From Candidatus Bathyarchaeota archaeon (GTDB taxonomy: Archaea; Thermoproteota; Bathyarchaeia; Bathyarchaeales; Bathycorpusculaceae): a DNA stretch of 17,547 nt. Below the pieces are notes generated by a model, which searched no databases, was not told the origin of the DNA, and saw nothing but the letters and a program-made list of their open reading frames with translations. This document shows, in pieces, positions 14,466 through 17,547 of this stretch. The position numbers were made by a program, and so were the translations under genes. The DNA lies in NCBI GenBank assembly GCA_963739305.1, contig CAVTZU010000033.1:1-17547 (forward strand). Reading direction: 5' to 3'. Each line of letters opens with the position of its first letter. The first letter of the stretch is position 1.

Positions 14466-16166
14466 ATGGACGCTGAAAGTGTCTTGAAACCCAAAATGCT
14501 GGTCACATCCGCATGGCCCTACCTACACAGTCTTCCACACTTGGGCAATCTAGTGGGCTCAATACTCTCCGCGGACGTTTTCGCACGCTACTGCAGGCTC
14601 AAGGGCGATGACGTAGTCATGGTAAGCGGTTCTGATGAACATGGAACTCCCGTCGAAGTTGAATCCGTCCGACAAGGAATTCCTCCTAAAGAACTAACCG
14701 ACAGAAACCATGCCAGACTTTCCGGGCTACTTACGAACTGGGGAATATCCTTCGACAACTACACCAGAACCGAGAACCCTGTGCACAAAGAATTTGTGAA
14801 AAAGACTCTAACAGAGATCTACGACAACGGCTACATTTTCACCAAAGAAGGCGAAATGCTCTACTGCGAAACATGCGACCGCTTTCTGCCGGACAGGTAC
14901 GTCGAAGGCAAATGCCCGTACTGTGGTTACGAACGGGCTCGGGGAGACCAGTGTGAAAACTGTGGAAGGCTGCTTGAAACCACCTCGCTAATTGAACCAT
15001 ACTGCGTCATCTGCAAGAGCAAACCAGTCGTGAAAACTACGAAACACTGGTACTTTGACCTCCCCAAACTTTCGGAAAGAATCGGCAGTTACCTTGAACA
15101 GAATCATCAGTTGACAAGCAACACTAAAAACTTCAGCCTGAGCCTGATAAGAGAAGGTCTAAAGTCAAGGGCGGTAACCAGAGACGTTGCTTGGGGGATT
15201 CAAGCACCGTTCCCCGGCGCTGAAAACAAGCGAATCTACGTCTGGGTCGAAGCCGTCTTAGGCTACGTGTCGGCAACGATCGAATACTTCAAGAACAAAG
15301 GGGACGTAGATAGATGGAAGGAATATTGGTTTCATCCAGAAGCCAGAACATACTATTTTATCGGAAAAGACAACATCCCTTTCCACACGATAATTCTCCC
15401 AGGCTTGCTAATGGCTTCAGGCGAACCATATAACCTGCCATGGAACGTGTCAGCAACAGAATTTCTCCAGTTCAAAGGCGAAAAGGCTTCGAAAAGTCAG
15501 AAAGTCGGCATCTACATTGACGAAGCGTTGGAACTCTTTCCTGCAGACTATTGGCGCTACTTTTTGATAGCAACAAGACCCGAAGCGAAAGACTCCAATT
15601 TCTCATGGGATCTTTTCATAGAAAGGATCAATGCAGACCTCAACGACACCTTCGGAAATTTCATTCATAGAACTCTTACCTTCATAAACTCCAAATTCGA
15701 CGCGATTGTCCCAGAACCCAAAAACCTTGACCCCGACGCGTTACAAATACTTAAGACTCTCGAACAAAAGTTGAATCTCATTTCAGAAGAACTCGATTCG
15801 TGCAAACTACAATCGGCCGCGAACAACACCCTGAGCATCAGCAGAATCGGAAACCAGTACCTGAACGAGAAAGAACCTTGGAACTTAATCAAAGAAGACA
15901 AAGCCAAAGCAGCAAACATATTTTCAGTAGCTGCCCAACTCGTCAAAGCCTCAACGATAATCTCAGCTCCTTTCATCCCCTTTGCCGCAGAAGAAACATG
16001 GAAAACATTGAACCTCCCGGGAAGCGTACACGAACAGAAACTGTCCGAGGCAACAAAACCGTTCCCCGCTAACCACAAGATTTCTAAACCGACGCCACTG
16101 TTCAGGAAGATCGAGGACACGCCAGAACAGCTAGAGCAGAAGCTCCAAGCGATCAGAAAGAAATGA
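14466..16166 (+). CDS. metG: Methionine--tRNA ligase (lacks the C-terminal OB-fold domain)
   Basis: TSAWPY, PHLGN, SGSDEHGTP, four CxxC (two Zn knuckles), ARGDQC, TRD..WG, YVWVEA, FIGKDNIPFH, KASKS, D.WRYFL, NADLNDTFGNFIHR. Confidence 0.97.
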   Translation: MDAESVLKPKMLVTSAWPYLHSLPHLGNLVGSILSADVFARYCRLKGDDVVMVSGSDEHGTPVEVESVRQGIPPKELTDRNHARLSGLLTNWGISFDNYTRTENPVHKEFVKKTLTEIYDNGYIFTKEGEMLYCETCDRFLPDRYVEGKCPYCGYERARGDQCENCGRLLETTSLIEPYCVICKSKPVVKTTKHWYFDLPKLSERIGSYLEQNHQLTSNTKNFSLSLIREGLKSRAVTRDVAWGIQAPFPGAENKRIYVWVEAVLGYVSATIEYFKNKGDVDRWKEYWFHPEARTYYFIGKDNIPFHTIILPGLLMASGEPYNLPWNVSATEFLQFKGEKASKSQKVGIYIDEALELFPADYWRYFLIATRPEAKDSNFSWDLFIERINADLNDTFGNFIHRTLTFINSKFDAIVPEPKNLDPDALQILKTLEQKLNLISEELDSCKLQSAANNTLSISRIGNQYLNEKEPWNLIKEDKAKAANIFSVAAQLVKASTIISAPFIPFAAEETWKTLNLPGSVHEQKLSEATKPFPANHKISKPTPLFRKIEDTPEQLEQKLQAIRKK

Positions 16167-16194
16167 ACCAGATCATTAGGGAAATGATCAGGTC

Positions 16195-16863
16195 TTGAAA
16201 CTGAAGATAGATTTACACGTTCACACAATCTTCTCGTCAGATTCATTCATCAGCCCAACAGAGCTCGTTCTCTGGGCAAAGCGGCGAAGACTGGACGGAG
16301 TTGCAGTCACAGACCACGACTGTTTTGAGAGCGCTCTGAAAATAGCGCAAGAGACCGATTTTCTCATCATTCCCGGAATGGAGATCTCAAGCCGACATGG
16401 ACACATCGTTGGATTGAACGTTCAAAAGAAAATTCCGAAAGGGTTTGGGTCAGACGAGACTGTCGACAGAATCCACGCTGCTGGTGGCTTGGCAATTGCT
16501 TGTCATCCAGTAGCTTTTCTCAAGGGCAGTCTCGGGGAGCACGCCACGTCGAAATTCGATGCAATTGAAGTGATCAACTCATCTGCGTTTCCTTTTGCCT
16601 ACTGTAAGAAGCGAAGCGAGGAACTTGCTTCACGACTGAAAATTCCACGGATAGCGGGGACTGACGCTCATTGTGCACCTGAAATCGGATATGCGTTCAC
16701 CTTGGTCGATGCGGACCCTAACATCAACAGCATATTGGATGCAATCAAAAACGGCAGGTGCTGGCCTCACGGCGGGGCGATACCGTTTTCTCTCAGGCTC
16801 ACGCGAGAATTTCGCAAGCTGCTGAAATTGACCGGAGTTGAACGCCGAGAAATACCAGGATAA
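16195..16863 (+). CDS. PHP-domain metal-dependent phosphoesterase
   Basis: IDLHVHT..S.D, AVTDHD, IPGMEIS...GH, ACHP, DAIEVIN, GTDAH. TTG start. Confidence 0.93.
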   Translation: MKLKIDLHVHTIFSSDSFISPTELVLWAKRRRLDGVAVTDHDCFESALKIAQETDFLIIPGMEISSRHGHIVGLNVQKKIPKGFGSDETVDRIHAAGGLAIACHPVAFLKGSLGEHATSKFDAIEVINSSAFPFAYCKKRSEELASRLKIPRIAGTDAHCAPEIGYAFTLVDADPNINSILDAIKNGRCWPHGGAIPFSLRLTREFRKLLKLTGVERREIPG

Positions 16864-17189
16864 TTGGCATAGGAAGATTTTGAGACTCGCGTCCTCGAAT
16901 ATCTGCGCGAATTTGAACGTATCTATAGCTGGTTATCACGCGAACTTTTTTCTGATCGAATTCGGCATTTTCACTTCTAGTCCGTCAAGCAAAAGATGAG
17001 GAATATATCAAGTCTGGGAATGCTTTCAAGTCGGCAACACGGCTTATATTAAGATTTACGATTCTCAGTACTCTGATCACCTTGAGCAAAAGACTGTCGA
17101 GCCGAGAATTCTTGGAACTTGCGGACATACTTTGGCAAGGCGATGCGAAAGTCAGGTACCAGAACCCTGACAACTGGATGGTAAATTAG
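16864..17189 (+). pseudogene. Probable degraded gene remnant (possibly HEPN-like helical domain)
   Basis: TTG directly after the PHP stop, with TAG as codon 3. Then EDFETRVLEYLREFERIYSWLSRELFSD (frame 1), continuing in frame 3 as SNSAFSLLVRQAKDEEYIK... for 77 stop-free codons to TAG 17189. Homology is inferred by eye only. Confidence 0.4.
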
Positions 17190-17218
17190 CGGTCTTTTGC
17201 TCCCTACCCCGCCTTTTC
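17190..17218 (-). repeat. G-rich intergenic motif, copy 2
   Basis: Minus strand GAAAAGGCGGGGTAGGGAG-CAAAA-GACCG; aligns with 4103-4135. Confidence 0.45.
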
Positions 17219-17336
17219 AAATCACGAATCCTTGTTCTCTTTTTGTGGGAATCCTGTTCACAGGTGAGGACAGTATTCAAACGGTTACACGATTGCTTCA
17301 ACATAAGCTGCGTTAGAACGTCGAATAGTGCGGGCC

Positions 17337-17531
17337 TTAGCGAAAATTCTCAGCGACAACGTCCACTTCGGCTGTTCCGCCTGATATCGACAACGTAGAG
17401 GATGCAATCTTTGTTCTTCCAGGAAAAGAAGGGCACTTGACAAAAATAATCAGACAAGACTGATTTTCACAGAAATACTTGCCTTTCTTTCCCTTTAAAA
17501 GTTGGGTTCCGCAATGAGGACAGTTTACCAT
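17337..17531 (-). CDS. Small C4 zinc-ribbon protein
   Basis: CPHCG...KYFCENQSC; GAGG RBS before the ATG. The frame stays open to the window edge, so the gene could extend further upstream. Confidence 0.65.
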   Translation of the reverse strand: MVNCPHCGTQLLKGKKGKYFCENQSCLIIFVKCPSFPGRTKIASSTLSISGGTAEVDVVAENFR

Positions 17532-17547
17532 CTTTCCTCTAACAGAG

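Noticed and set aside
16945-16955. Programmed -1 frameshift at CTTTTTT
   Set aside because: A -1 slip there meets TGA at 16953 immediately, and additional lesions would still be needed; decay or sequencing error is more likely.

Overview
Archaeal housekeeping region. I infer class Bathyarchaeia (TACK) from the nop5-fibrillarin pair, archaeal trm1/rnhB/ileS/metG, TATA-type promoters and a secreted cohesin-dockerin protein. Gene order: membrane-anchored secreted protein (+), ileS (-), hypothetical (+), pyrK and pyrD (-), nop5 and fibrillarin (+), rnhB (-), NTPase (-), trm1 (+), cohesin-cohesin-dockerin protein (+), AhpD/CMD-family protein (-), homoserine dehydrogenase (+), metG (+), PHP hydrolase (+), a probable frameshifted gene remnant (+) and a small zinc-ribbon protein (-). 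I see no rRNA, tRNA, CRISPR array or mobile element, and no clearly new multi-gene system can be claimed. The best leads are: (1) an anchorless 2-cohesin + dockerin surface protein; (2) a three-hairpin element containing an unannotated 44-aa ORF between the CMD gene and hom; (3) a possibly HEPN-like broken gene after the PHP gene; (4) a G-rich intergenic motif present twice; (5) several palindromes and hairpins at promoters or gene junctions.
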